Source: Octopus sinensis
Taxonomy: Eukaryota
DNA: 64,000 bases
NCBI RefSeq assembly: GCF_006345805.1
Contig: NC_043009.1
Span: 9,982,001-10,046,000 of the forward strand
Direction of reading: 5' to 3'
Shown here: in pieces, positions 1 through 11,989 of the stretch
Layout: each line of letters begins with the position of its first letter
How positions within the stretch are numbered: the stretch's first letter is position 1
The notes under the pieces: model-generated
What the model was told of the DNA's origin: nothing
The model's database searches: none
The model's input: only the letters and a program-made list of their open reading frames with translations
Made by a program: the position numbers and the translations under genes

Positions 1-1089
1 CGTTTCGACCGTTTAAGTTATAACAAAGTTCAATGTGTCTTCCATTCGTTGACGATAATGATGATCGAAGAGTATAGAGTACCGAATTATTGATGAAAGA
101 AAGCTGTCTTCCTTTTGCTTACTTATCTTTCAGTTTCAAAAAATATGAATAATAGTAATGATAATGATTGTGGTGGTTCTGGTAGTAGTAATGTAGTAAT
201 GCTCTGTTAATAAAGAATAAATTACATGAACCAATTACTGTAAGAGTGGCTTTCATTCATTGGCAATTTGTGAACCATAACTCACAAACCATTTCTAAGA
301 AGTGCGGATCCAGTAGGAATGCATCTACGAACTTCTTTGGACTTATAAATGACAATTAGTAACCGGCAGTGTCAGCTGATAACTGCAAAGATTAATTGAA
401 AGCTGACAGTTGAGGGGAAAACCAAGAAAAACTGAAATCTAACGAAAAAGACAAAAACTATTTTGTTTAATTATCACGGTACGCTATAGTTCAGGATCGC
501 TTCTGCTTAGGCTCTGTCACTCCTTAATCGAATAAATATATGATCGAAGGTGCTCAGGCTAAGGTTGTCCCGTTTTTTTTTTTGTATATCTAGAATTACT
601 TGTTCAGTGTATACTTCCTTTTATGTTAAAGGAGTAAGGTGCGATTTGAGGGACTCTGAGTGCAACCTTTAGCAAACCGCAAAGAAGCATCTCCGCTGAT
701 ATTTTCTTCTTTTATTTTTTTATCTCCAGGCCAGAACAATCGAATAAACCAATAATAAAAGATATTTCAAACCCGATCATTAATCAATGCATGTGACTTT
801 TTTTTTTGTTTTCTAAGATGACAGGGCAGTATATTTGCTGGAATCTGGCTGTTATTTCTAGCAGGCAGAGCGACCGCGTTAAGACAGATAGTGTTTACAA
901 TGTGACATCGCCTCAGACGGAGCCGACACTTTAGTTTCCATTTCCTTTTATAACACAATAATAAATCAGTTCAGCTTTTGATGTAATTATCCCGTCGAGA
1001 CGAAGACCGATAAATAAAAGTTTAATGAAAGGTGCTACGAAACAGGTTGTACATAACTATGGTGCTCGTTTTGAAAAACAAAGGGGTTA

Positions 1090-1165
1090 TGTGATTGGAC
1101 AATTGCGATTATGCTACGCAGCATTTGATTGGTTGATTTTAACGTCTCTCATTTATAATTGCATT
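1090..1165 (+). promoter_or_regulatory. Candidate elovl4 promoter: two reverse CCAAT (NF-Y) boxes plus a TATA-like element
   Basis: GATTGG motifs with ATTGG at 1094-1098 and 1128-1132 (34 bp apart) and TTTATAAT at about 1152. The region is TE-poor and visibly richer in CpG than the downstream introns, and it precedes a candidate first exon. Confidence 0.45.
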
Positions 1166-1368
1166 ATATCTTTTATGGTTAGTGTGTGTGTGTGTAAACT
1201 GCTATTAATAGTGTAGGTGTATAGCGTAGTTCTCTGTGTGTGTTTATGTGTATGTTTCTGTATGTGTAGGTGCTCCCACTGCGTAATCGCTGTTGCCGCA
1301 CTTGTTTATGTCGCTGCTCTGATCAAGTCGGTATTTCACTTGGCCAGTCTTCTTTTATTTTTTACACC

Positions 1369-1401
1369 ATGGCTAGCGGCTACTCGTGGGTTTACTTTGA
1401 G
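1369..1401 (+). CDS. elovl4: Candidate upstream first coding exon of elovl4 (MASGYSWVYFE)
   Basis: Strong Kozak context acaccATGG, 11 codons, then GAG|gtaaag donor (phase 0). It joins in frame to the acceptor at 32365 (GAT AAA ATG...). No transcript evidence. Confidence 0.45.
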
Positions 1402-2160
1402 GTAAAGTGCTCTACCGTTATAACTGATTATTAATTTACAATTATTATTAATAATAATGATAATACATCTATTCTTTTCTCTACACGTCTGACACTTTCT
1501 CATTTCCAGTTGTCAAAATCTATTAAAAAAAGAAAAAAGATAAATCATAAAATAGCATTGAGGAAAAAATACGCACATTTTAACATTCTCTTTCGTTTTT
1601 ATCTTCAAAAGAAAATCTTATTAAATATCCACAATGTTCACACGGAAAGAAAATTGTTGAAATATACATTTTAAATTGCTTTTAAGAAAATCTCGATTGT
1701 TGCAACTCTCTTATTTTCGACCTGCTTACTCATGTGTGGTGAAGTTTGGTTTCGCTTCTTCACGGTTGCTCGGTTCAATGGCTCTATTGTTAGTCCAATT
1801 ACTTGTTGGTGATCGGGAGTATCATTGTCCATTTGTACATAAAAGAAAAAAATCTAATGTCTAGTGGTACGAAATCGTTATCCTGTGTTAAAGCTTGGTG
1901 TTGTGTGTGTGTGTGTGTCTATGGAGCATCTCAATTAATCTTTTATCTGTCTTAACCCTTCATTTACTGCAAGAAACTATTCTTGATAGCAGGTTTAAGT
2001 ACCTTGCAAAACCATCAAACCGGTTTTGCTGATACTCTTTGAGTAAGCGTGAGTATCACATACCCTGTTCTCTTCGTGATTACAGCTGAATATATTCAAT
2101 ATTATAATTTACCTTTAAAATAGCTTTTCATATTTCGAATAGCTGGAGTATGTTGAGATT

Positions 2161-2310
2161 ATATATATATATATACTTTATTTAAAGCAGCAGAAAATTC
2201 AACAAAACCTGTTACTCTGAGTTCTGCTGCTTTAAATAAAGCATATTACTCTACCACTGGTATTTGAGTACTCTTTTTTCCACCTTGTTTCACATTTATG
2301 TGTTTACTCC

Positions 2311-2345
<35 letters not shown>
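2161..2345. repeat. Short fold-back insert inside (TA)n, Penelope-like end remnant
   Basis: Perfect 20-bp inverted repeat CTTTATTTAAAGCAGCAGAA (2176-2195 / 2222-2241), flanked by TA microsatellites. Confidence 0.55.
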
Positions 2346-2346
<1 letters not shown>

Positions 2347-5300
2347 CTTAAGGGGTATTTTGCTTAATATTAAGTTTCGTATATGTTGCTAAGGCGTGAA
2401 CATCAGTTTATCTTATCTCTTGTGCATTTCGAGGCCCCATGCCTTCACGTCTGAGGAACTATAGTTTCATTTAAGTTAGGGTTATGTGTGTTTCTGTTAT
2501 TCAATCCCTACTTCCCGAATCCCTTTCTTTTTTTTTTAGTTCGCAACTAGAAACATGACTAATTTTTCGGATCCTGGGTTTCAACGTCATTAATTTTTAA
2601 GTCAGAAATAAAGTAGATAGAGAGATCCTGAGGTGTTATTTAAAACTTATTTTATTGTCCGCTGATGTACCTTATTTGGCATTTGAACAGGATTTAAAAG
2701 GAAAGAAGAGCCCTAATATCTATTAATCTATTAAATAACTTTTTTTTAAAAATATAAACGTTGGGCTTTGTAGGTTTATTTGATGAAAACGAAATCAGAA
2801 TGTGTAACTTTCATACACTATTGATTTAAACATTTTTTTCTACTTGGATTCCGAACCGGGTCACTAACTCATCATACCGGGACCTTATTTTACCTTCAGT
2901 ATAGCAAATAATGAAAAAGAAAGCATGAAAAATTAGATGAATATATTCCTCTTAATGCTTCAATCGTTTTACTTTTTACATAGATTAAATTATATCTTAA
3001 TTTTTGCAAAGTAAAAGCCTATTTCATTAATTTTATTATTGCAAATACATATATTTTGATTTTAAAATATTACTATTTTTTAATACGGTAATCTATTCCA
3101 CATATTTAGAATTCTTTTTTGCTTGTTTTAAGTCAGGAATTTCGTAATACTTTTTCTTTCACTCCAATTTTTTCCAGTTTTTAAAAGAACTGTAGTGTTT
3201 TCTGCATAGAAATAGGAAATCGGAACAGATGAAAATATATGTAAAAATAAACAGTTCTGTTTTTCTTTTATCCCCTTCGTCATTAATGAATCACCCTTCA
3301 AGAGGTGTTGTAATTTCTCTTACAACTTCGGGAGGTCCTAAAATTGGAAACTGCCAAGTCTAATGTAATACATATTCAAACCAAATTTTATATTCTTTTA
3401 GGTTTTCCTGTTAAAGCTATTTATTTATTTCTTCAAGTTTTTATTTCACTGCTCGTCCACATTCTCTTGTAAACAGAATTATTCTTGGTATTCTTTCCTA
3501 GGGTCCGTCGTACACTTAATTGACCTGGTGAGATGCTCTCATCTCCTTTAGTTACTATATCTTTAGGATAATTTCTAAAGGATCGCATTAGCTACTCGAA
3601 TTTTTGTCATCCTAACTGTTTATATGGCTACTACTATCATTGTTGGATGTTTTCAAACTGGTCATTAAAGAGTTGCCGGTTGAGCTGTTGAGATATTTGA
3701 ATTAAAAGCAATAAGTGTTTAGTCTATTTGGTTCTGTCGTGCGTACATTTTACATGAAAATCACGAGTTTAGGATGAACTGTTAATATGTATAAGCAAAA
3801 ATAAGAAAGGTGTAAATGGCTGATGCTTGGCAGTACCCACGCACAGCCATCATTATATGTGTGTAATTGATAAAAATTACTGATGTTGAGAGATTTTATT
3901 AGTCGAATGAATAATAATAATAATAAAATAATCATTTTACTGCATGGCTCCCGCTTCTTCGTGCTGGATGGATGAATAACTACATATGTAATTTGTTGCA
4001 TGACTAGAATATTTAAAAAAAAAAAGTAAAAGAAAAAATGTATTTGAGGCCTGCTGTGGTTCTTTGTTGTCTGATACGACCAATGTTCAAAATCTCCAAA
4101 TAACATTTATTAAAAGAAACCAGAAAGGCTACACACATCCATGAAAACTGATGTGTGTAGAAGGAAGTCATTCCTTGAATTGTAAATTCGGAACATGATT
4201 TTGCTTGCATTTAAGAAATCATGGTTAAAGGTGGGGAGCTCTTAAAACGTTCATTTTGTTCTAAAATTGGCAGCAGCCTACATTTTCATATAAATATAGG
4301 TCTTGCTGTTTTCCTGGTAAATGTTCCTTCGTGATATCCAATTTCCTTATTCTAATTATATTTCTCAGCAATACCTGCCTTCTCAATTATCACGAAACTG
4401 CTTCTTAATGCCTTTTTCTTTTTATCTTATTGACAACTTCAAGAAACACCATCAGGATCCCATTTCTTTAATCTAAGTATTTCTTAGCCTAACTTTCAAA
4501 CCCGCTACCTATCTTGCAAATACTGTCCCATCAGGTAGCTTACAAGAAGTCCAAAACTTAGGTCTCTTCAGTACAGGTAATAAAAGTGTTTTAAATTAAA
4601 AAAAGGAAAACAACAAAAAACTCATTATAGCTCATGAGATACTTAGTAGGGTTCAGGAGGGGTGGGCAATACTATACTTTTGTCTCCGTTTCTCTTCAAT
4701 TCTGATACAACCAATACTTTACGATCTCCAAATCCCACCCACTCAGCAAAGAAGCCTGTATTTAGTCAATCATCTTGTTTGAAATAGCTGCCTAGTTTCC
4801 TTCAGATATATCCTACTGCCCTACAAAAAGTTACTTTGAGTAATGTAATCTTATATACTTCTAAAAAAAACAGGATGGTTGTGGCTGGAATGTCTTTGAT
4901 CATAAGCCACTCCAATCAGGGCTTACCTGGGGTTCATTCATGGCTGCTGCAATGCAATTCTACTAAGGAAGAAAGCCGGCTACAACAGGTGGAACTAGTT
5001 ACTTATGATTTACTAACTCAGAGCTGTTTACTTACTATTGCAAAGCCACCATCTGAAAATCTTTTGGGGACTGCATGGCATGCAAGAAAGCTTGCATGCC
5101 ATGCAGTTCACCCGGTCCTTTTCTAGTCCCTTTTCTAAGATGGTCCCAACCAATTTTGCAAAATTTTTCTATTCATCATTCCTATTCCCAATCAAACTAG
5201 TTCAGTACTTGTGCCATCTGAAAGCTTAGTCACACAGGGTAAGTGCCTAGAGGCCTAATTCTGATCTATGTATGTTGTGGCTTACTGTCAGTAATAAATA

Positions 5301-5852
5301 CATACTATAAGACCCAGTGCATTGATTTACTCGGGTGTCATTAAGACAGCCTTGAGAAGCAGTCCTGTAGATTAAGCCACTTGTTTGTGTCCTATTTTGC
5401 TTCTGGTTCCATACTGTGTGCACACAACACAATTTCTAAATTCTTCCTTATGGTTTCATTTAAATCAGTTCTAATATACACTTTATTTGGTGCTACTTTA
5501 GCTGTGTTTCACAGCATAGAGAGTATCCACTCTCTATACTGTGAAATGTCCTAATCTGGGTTAGGGGTTAAACCTTAGGGTTAGGATTAGACTGCTTGCT
5601 AAAGTGTAATTAGCCAGGTAGACTGCACACAAAAGTGTAAATGGTTTGGTAGACTGCATGCTGTAGTGGCACTCTTTTTTTCTGTTCATACACTAGTGAT
5701 CATTCACTTTTGAGAACTTCCACATAAGCAGTATTTAACTCTCTCTTTCTAGCATGACTCTCCCATGTATGGACATAGTTGTCCACACCTAAGAGCTCCA
5801 TCAATTTGGACCAGAAGATTTTTGTTTGACCATTCCATTGCAGTTTCTGCTG

Positions 5853-6243
5853 TTGCTGTTGAGCAAAGCAGTCTTCATCCCAGAGCTTGCAAGATCACGC
5901 CTCTGTAGTGGGAGAAGTCTGAAACATGGTCTTTTGCTATTCGTAAGACCCGCAGAAGAGAAAGCAGGTCAACCCCCGACCCCGAGAGCATCGACAGATG
6001 GCTGAATGCGCATCCAGGCCCAGCGGTTGCGTAGGAAGTTGGGGACAGGAAACAGGAAGAAAGAGTGAGAGAAAGTTGGATCGAAAGAGTACAACAGGGG
6101 TCGCCACTACCCCCTGCTGGAGCCTCGTGCAGCTTTAGGTGTTTTCGCTCAATAAACACACACAACGCCCAGTCTGGGAATCGAAACCGTGATCCTCCGA
6201 CTGCTAGTCCGCTGCCCTAACCACTGGGCCATTGCGCCTCCAC
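5853..6243 (-). mobile_element. tRNA(Arg)-like-headed SINE (family D) with (CAG/CAA)n tail
   Basis: Pol III A/B boxes on the minus strand and 14-bp TSD TGCAGTTTCTGCTG (5839-5852 / 6244-6257). Homologous to 21772-22158 and to the head of 62805-63090. Confidence 0.85.
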
Positions 6244-6811
6244 TGCAGTTTCTGCTGGCAGGGTTCTCTCCAGCCCGTATTTAATATTCAGTCATGTCTT
6301 CCACATTCTTTGTTTATATTTACGATCTAAATAAAATCTTACATTGGTGTTATATCAACCATCACTATTTAACTTTGAACACAACATGGACATTATATAC
6401 ATGCTCTTTAAATTCAAAGCGCAGGCATTTGCTGGGTACATAAGCATTGCAACCACTTGGGTATATCCCATTATGTACAGTCTTGAGTATCTCCTACTGT
6501 AGTCCCAAGCTGACAAAATCCTTGTGAGTGGAGTTCGTAGACAAACTAAAACAAAAAACCCATTGTGTGTGTGTGTCTGTTGTCTTGTCTTGATATCGTT
6601 TGATATTTGAAAATGAGTGTCACCCTCAGATATGCAGTGCAACTCATTTCCAATATTTTGCCAAAACACATCTAGCCATAGGGAAATGTTAACTTGTTTG
6701 GAAACAGGTGAGGGGTTGGTAATAGGAAGGGCATTTGGTTGTAGAAAATCTGCCTTAATGAAAACTCTGTCCAACCAATTTAATCATGGGAAAGTGCATG
6801 TTAAAACACTG

Positions 6812-6852
<41 letters not shown>

Positions 6853-6854
<2 letters not shown>

Positions 6855-7170
6855 TGGCTCAGTGGTTAGAGTGTCGAGCTTACGATCGTGAGGTTGTGAG
6901 TTCGAATCCCAGACTGGGCTGTGTGTTGTGTTCTTGAGCAAGACACTTTATTTCATGCTGCTCCTGTTCACTCAGCTGTAGAAATGAGTTGCGATGTCAC
7001 TGGTGCCAAGCTGTATCAGCCCCTTTGCCTTTCCCTGGTGACGTGGAGAGGGGAGGCCGGTATGCATGGGCAACTGCTGGTCTTCCATAAACAACCTTGC
7101 CTGGACTTGTGCCTGGGAGGGGAACTTTTAAGGTACAATCCCATGGTCAGTCATGACCGAAGGGGGTCTC
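6853..7170 (+). mobile_element. tRNA-derived SINE (family C) with CORE-like central segment
   Basis: A box TGGCTCAGTGG, B box GTTCGAATCC, then GTGTTCTTGAGCAAGACACTT. Homologous copies at 38321-38625 (+) and 48232-48569 (-). Confidence 0.85.
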
Positions 7171-8306
7171 AGCAGTATATATATATATATATGAGAGAGA
7201 GAGAGTTTGGTAGTCATCAGATTTGCCAGTTCTTGTCGAACCATCCCATCCATGCCGGCATGGAAGGAGAGTGTTCAGTAATGATGATGATGATGATTGT
7301 GGATGTGCTTAAACATTGATATTTTGCTGATTACTGTGTGAGTTTTAATGTTGACAATTGTTGATATTAGGACCAGTTGCTCTGTGCTTTCAATGATCTG
7401 TGTGACATAAAAATCCTTTACTTGAAAAACAAGTGAGGCTTGACTAAAAGAAGATTGTCTAGCTGTAAAATCCTTCAGAATCTGGCTGTAAAATTGCTTA
7501 AGAATCAATTCCTATGCAAGCCATGCTAGCTTGGAAACAAAAGAGGTATTAAGCACATAAATGACTGAAATAGATGTCTCACACTGGAGCTGCACCACTT
7601 CCATCACTCGGTGACTGAAATCTGTGCTAGTAGAACGCTAAGATCATCATCTGAGTGTGATCATTGCAGAGCAGCTAACTGGCTTCCATGCCGGTGGCAC
7701 GTAAAAAGCACCATTCGAGTGTGATCGTTATCAGCGCTGCCTTATTGGCTCTTGTGCCAGTGGCACGTGAAAAAACATTCGAGCGAGGTTGTTACCAGTG
7801 CCACTGGACTGGCTCGTGTGCAGGTGGCACGTAAAAAAACACCATTTGAGTGTGGCCATTGCTAGTAGCGCCATGGTATAACATGATCCATCCCAAATGC
7901 TCTGCCTGTTTTATGTTGAAACTGGGCGGATCTGGTCTCTCACACCTACTCTACAATGTCATTCTAGAAGTAAAAATGTCCTTGAAATCTTGAAGCTACA
8001 AGATAATACATGATTAACTGAAAACAATGTGAATAAATAAGTATTACATTTGATATGGTAAACTGAATGTTAAAAGGTTAAACAATGAAAATAGCATCCA
8101 ATGGTGACCTCCTGACCTAGTTTCATTCAGTTACAGGATACAGTTCCTTCTCATAAAGGGGACTGCTTGTGTTACACTCCCTCCATGCATGAACAACACA
8201 CATCTAAGTCACAGAGTTTATTATAAATGTTAGCTGAGCCTGATAACCTAGCATGACCCCCCCCCCCCGACTCCGACATGCATTACATTGTTACTGAAAC
8301 TGCTTC

Positions 8307-8826
8307 TTAACCCTTTTGTTACCTTATTTATTTTGAGATGCTCTGTGTTTCTTTTAATTAATTTTAAATTAACAAATTACGGAGATGTACTTGCATAGCA
8401 AGTGACTTGATCTGAGATCGTGTGCTGGAACGAAAAAAACCGCAGCGTGGAAGGTGTTTATAAGCCATTTAAGAAACACACAAAAACTGTTCGATTCACT
8501 TCAACATTTAAATTTTAATTTGTCAAAATATTTTCGTCGCTTTGAGGTCGCAGTCTCAAAGCGACGAAAATATTTTGACAAATTAAATTTAAATGTTGAA
8601 GTGAATCGAACAGCTTTTGTGTGTTTCTTAAATGGCTTATAAATACCTTCCACGCTGTAAATTAACAAAGAATTTAGTAAAATAACTTAGTTATCATTAA
8701 GCTGGTGTAAGGAACAAATTATGACTAAGGTTTGGTGGATTATTTTAATTCAAAACTTATGAAAACAAGACATTTATACCACAGAGCCAGAGGCGGTTTC
8801 AGCCGGGTTGGTATTGAAAGGGTTAA
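8307..8826. mobile_element. piggyBac-type MITE (family F2) interrupted by a palindromic insertion
   Basis: TTAA-CCCTTT...AAAGGG-TTAA ends. The body matches the intact copy at 45197-45425 apart from the 8377-8657 insert. Confidence 0.8.
8377..8657. mobile_element. Fold-back insertion, probable Penelope-like inverted pseudo-LTR remnant
   Basis: About 104-bp near-perfect inverted arms (8443-8546 / 8555-8657) and a 12-bp TSD TAAATTAACAAA (8365-8376 / 8658-8669). Confidence 0.7.
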
Positions 8827-9426
8827 AGATTAACTTTCGCATTCATCTCGTCTGGCCAGGAAGTACTTCAGTTCTGATCCCTTGCTGGCTTTGGTGAATC
8901 TAAAGTGTGATTTACTTGAGATGGCTTCTCACATATCTCTGCTTTACACACATTTTGAGAGATTTACCTATTTCTTTACTACCTGCAAGGGGCTAAACAC
9001 AGAGAGGACAGACAAACGGATTAAGTTGATTGTATCGACCCCGAAAGGATGAAAGGTAAAGTCGGCCTCGGTGGAATTTGAACTCAGAACGTAATGGCAG
9101 ATGAAATACCGCTACGCATTTCGCCCGGCGTGCTAACGTTTCTACCAGCTCGCCGCCCTTTGGAGAGATTTACCACCTGGTAAAAACTCATTTAATACAG
9201 GGATTTGCAGTTTCTTTTGATTTTCATTCCCCTTTCATATTTGCCTGATGCCCATGTATATTATATCCTATTTTACTTACAAAAATATTCTCATGTATCT
9301 TCCATTTCCATCGCTGGTAATGCTTGATAGAAAAGCCCTTTACTGCTCAATCACTCACAAATACATTAGAAAATAGAAGAGTTCTTAGACCCAAAGAGAA
9401 CACGACAGTAGTTCATCTGTATCTTC

Positions 9427-9885
9427 GATGACTGGCACCCGTGCCAGTGGAGCGCTAACAGCTCCATCTGAGCGGGATCACTGCCAGGGCAGCTGTCTGG
9501 CTTCTGTACCAGTGGCATGTAAAAAGCACCATTTGAGCGTGATCTTTACCTGTGTTGCCTTACTGGCACTTGTGCCAGTGGCATGTGAACAAAACATTCA
9601 AGTGAGGTCATTGCCAGTGCCACTGGACTGACTCCTGTGCAGGTGGCAAGTAAAAAGCACCATTTGAGCATGGCCGTTGCCAGTACCGCCTGACTGGCCC
9701 TTGTGCTGGTGGCACGTAAAAGCACCCACTACACTCTTGAAGTGGTTGGCGTTAGGAAGGGCATTCAGCTTTAGAAACTACCAGATCAGTTTGGAGCCTG
9801 GTGCAGCCATCTGGTTCGCCAGTCCTCAGTCAAATCATCCAACCCATGCCAGCATGAAGAGTGGGCGTTAAATGATGATGATGAT
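9427..9885 (+). mobile_element. Family E LINE 3' end copy
   Basis: Colinear with 11512-11989, (TGA)n tail. Confidence 0.8.
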
Positions 9886-11511
9886 ATAAGCACTGATTTA
9901 TTGACATGCTTACTCAACATTTCTCTTTTCCACTGCTCCTACAGTACTCTTTTAGTAAGAGCAGCAGCAATAAAAGAATCTCTCAACTCACCCAATCCAC
10001 TTGTTATTTTATATTGCAATTACTTAACAATGCCATCATTGACTATCAGTTTTCAATGCACCAGCCCCTGGTTCACAACAATTGTTTTTGTTATGACAGC
10101 AGTAATGAGACCATCTGTAAGCAGATAGACTTTGCTCAGAGAATGTTGGTTTTTCACCAGTGCTTATGTCCTTCACTATTCGTGAAAGACGTGCGTGCGC
10201 ATACACGCGTACACACACACACACACGGTGGGCCTTGCACAGTTTCTGTTGATCAAATTCCACTTACAGATTATTGGTCGACTCAAAGCTATGTAAAATC
10301 CCTTAAATACAGCACAGTAGGCTTGAATCTGGAATCACACAGCCATACCTGTGTCCACAAGTCTCTTCTGTTGTCTCTCATCCCTCAGACTAACACTTCA
10401 AACTCCTTCAACTTTATAACTGAAGTTTCCGGAATCCTATTTAGAAGTTGGAACTGAATACTGACTTCATCATTCTAACCAGTGTGGAAGGGCCAGCAAA
10501 AGTCTTTGCCATTGCTCTTCTTCCTCAGACAAAATAATAACATGCAGGGTACACCAGGTAATCAAGAACATAAAATACAAGGAAAAATAAACTCACCATA
10601 CAGAAAAATAGCATACTCCTAGAAAAACCACGTGTTTAACTAAATACATCAAGGACAGTCCCTTCAAGGAAACCAACCCTCAATTTCAGTGGCAACCATG
10701 GAAACAACTGCATATCAAGGTCAGGTAGACTTTGTTAATCATGGCAACCTCTAACCAGTCCTTGGCACCATTGGACACTCTGGCCAGTCCCCTAGATGCA
10801 ACAGTGTAGGATGTTCAATTTAAGGAGGTAGAGGCTTCTATACATAGTAGTGAAAATTCTTGGCCTTGTAGTACTCCTTGTGTCATGAAGGTCATGGTAA
10901 CTTGGAAAACAGAGATGGTAAACTAAAGAATGAATGAGATAGAAATCTCACATCAGAGCTGCACTTTTTACATAAGCAAACTCCTTATAAATTGCATCCA
11001 ATGGTGATATGCTGACGGAGCTTCATTCTGCACTAAGGCGCAGTTGTTTCACATAAACACTACTTGTATTACAGGGAGTAGAATTCATTGCTTCCCCCTT
11101 GTTCTACTACTCCAGCACAATGTTCAATAGCTTAATGCAAATGAAGACATTAATTTTGAGGGCCTGCAATTAGAAGTAAGGTGGTATAACATGATCCTTG
11201 TTACAAGTCCCAGAATTATCAGAAATAACAGGAACATAATGTGCATTACTGTTGATATCCTCCAAAGGTTTATGCAGAGCCAATTGTCACCCTTTCTGTT
11301 AACCTTCTGGTCCTGGTTCAAATTCTTTTCATTGGGGTTTCTCAGGGTGCTTAAGCTTCTGTTGGAGCATGCAGTTCTCACAGGTCTTGTTAGACACAAA
11401 TAGTTCTCTCCTTAGGCAGGACTTATTTGTACATGAGCCCTTTGAGCATCAAATGTCTGATAGTGGCCTCTGCTGTTTTGAAGTTATATATATATTTATA
11501 TATATATATAG

Positions 11512-11989
11512 GAAATCGAAATCAAATTCGATGACTGGCATCCATGCTAGTGGAGCACTAAGAGCACCATCTGAGTGTGATTGTTGCCAGAGCAGCTAAC
11601 TGGCTTCCATGCCGATGGCACGTAAAAAGCACCATTCGAGTGTGAGCATTACCAGCGCTGCCTTACTGGCACCTGTGCAGGTGGCATGTGAAAAAGACAT
11701 TTGAGCAAGGTCATTGCCAGTGCCACTGGACTGGCTCCTGTGCAGGTGGCACATAAAAAATACCATTTGAGCGTGGCCGTTGCCAGTACCGCCTGACTGG
11801 CCCCCGTGCCGGTGACACGTAAAAAGCACCCACTACACTCTCGGAGTGGTTGGCGTTAGGAAGGACATCCAGCTGTAGAAACTGCCAGATCGAATTGGAG
11901 CCTGGTGCAGCCATCTGGTTCGCCAGTCCTCAGTCAAATTGTCCAACCCATGCTAGCATGGAAAGCGGACGTTAAATGATGATGATGAT
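11512..11989 (+). mobile_element. 5'-truncated LINE 3' UTR (family E, RTE-like) with internal ~62-bp minisatellite and (TGA)n tail
   Basis: Units GTGCCGGTGGCACGTAAAAAGCACC..., then a conserved tail GGTTGGCGTTAGGAAG...GGACGTTAAA(TGA)n. Other copies at about 7610, 9427, 15287, 16829, 25875, 40490, 41267, 50148, 56772, 59003. Confidence 0.8.

Noticed and set aside
117-400. Possible first exon of a divergent minus-strand gene (GTAAGC donor at about 117-122)
   Set aside because: A single donor-like hexamer with no ORF or other support.
3502-3527. Possible 26-nt micro-exon (ttctttcctag|...|gtgaga)
   Set aside because: It would break the frame between 1401 and 32365, and splice-like motifs are frequent by chance in AT-rich DNA.
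5556-5592. TTAGGG-like telomeric repeats
   Set aside because: Only 3-4 degenerate units; such tracts are common inside dispersed repeats.
6853-6920. tRNA-like sequences (also 38325, 62810 and family A/B heads)
   Set aside because: A/B boxes are present but there is no intact acceptor stem; each continues into a SINE body.
11530-11835. Repeat-spacer pattern resembling a CRISPR array
   Set aside because: The spacers are homologous to each other, the array sits within a dispersed LINE 3' UTR with a (TGA)n tail, the DNA is eukaryotic, and there are no cas genes.
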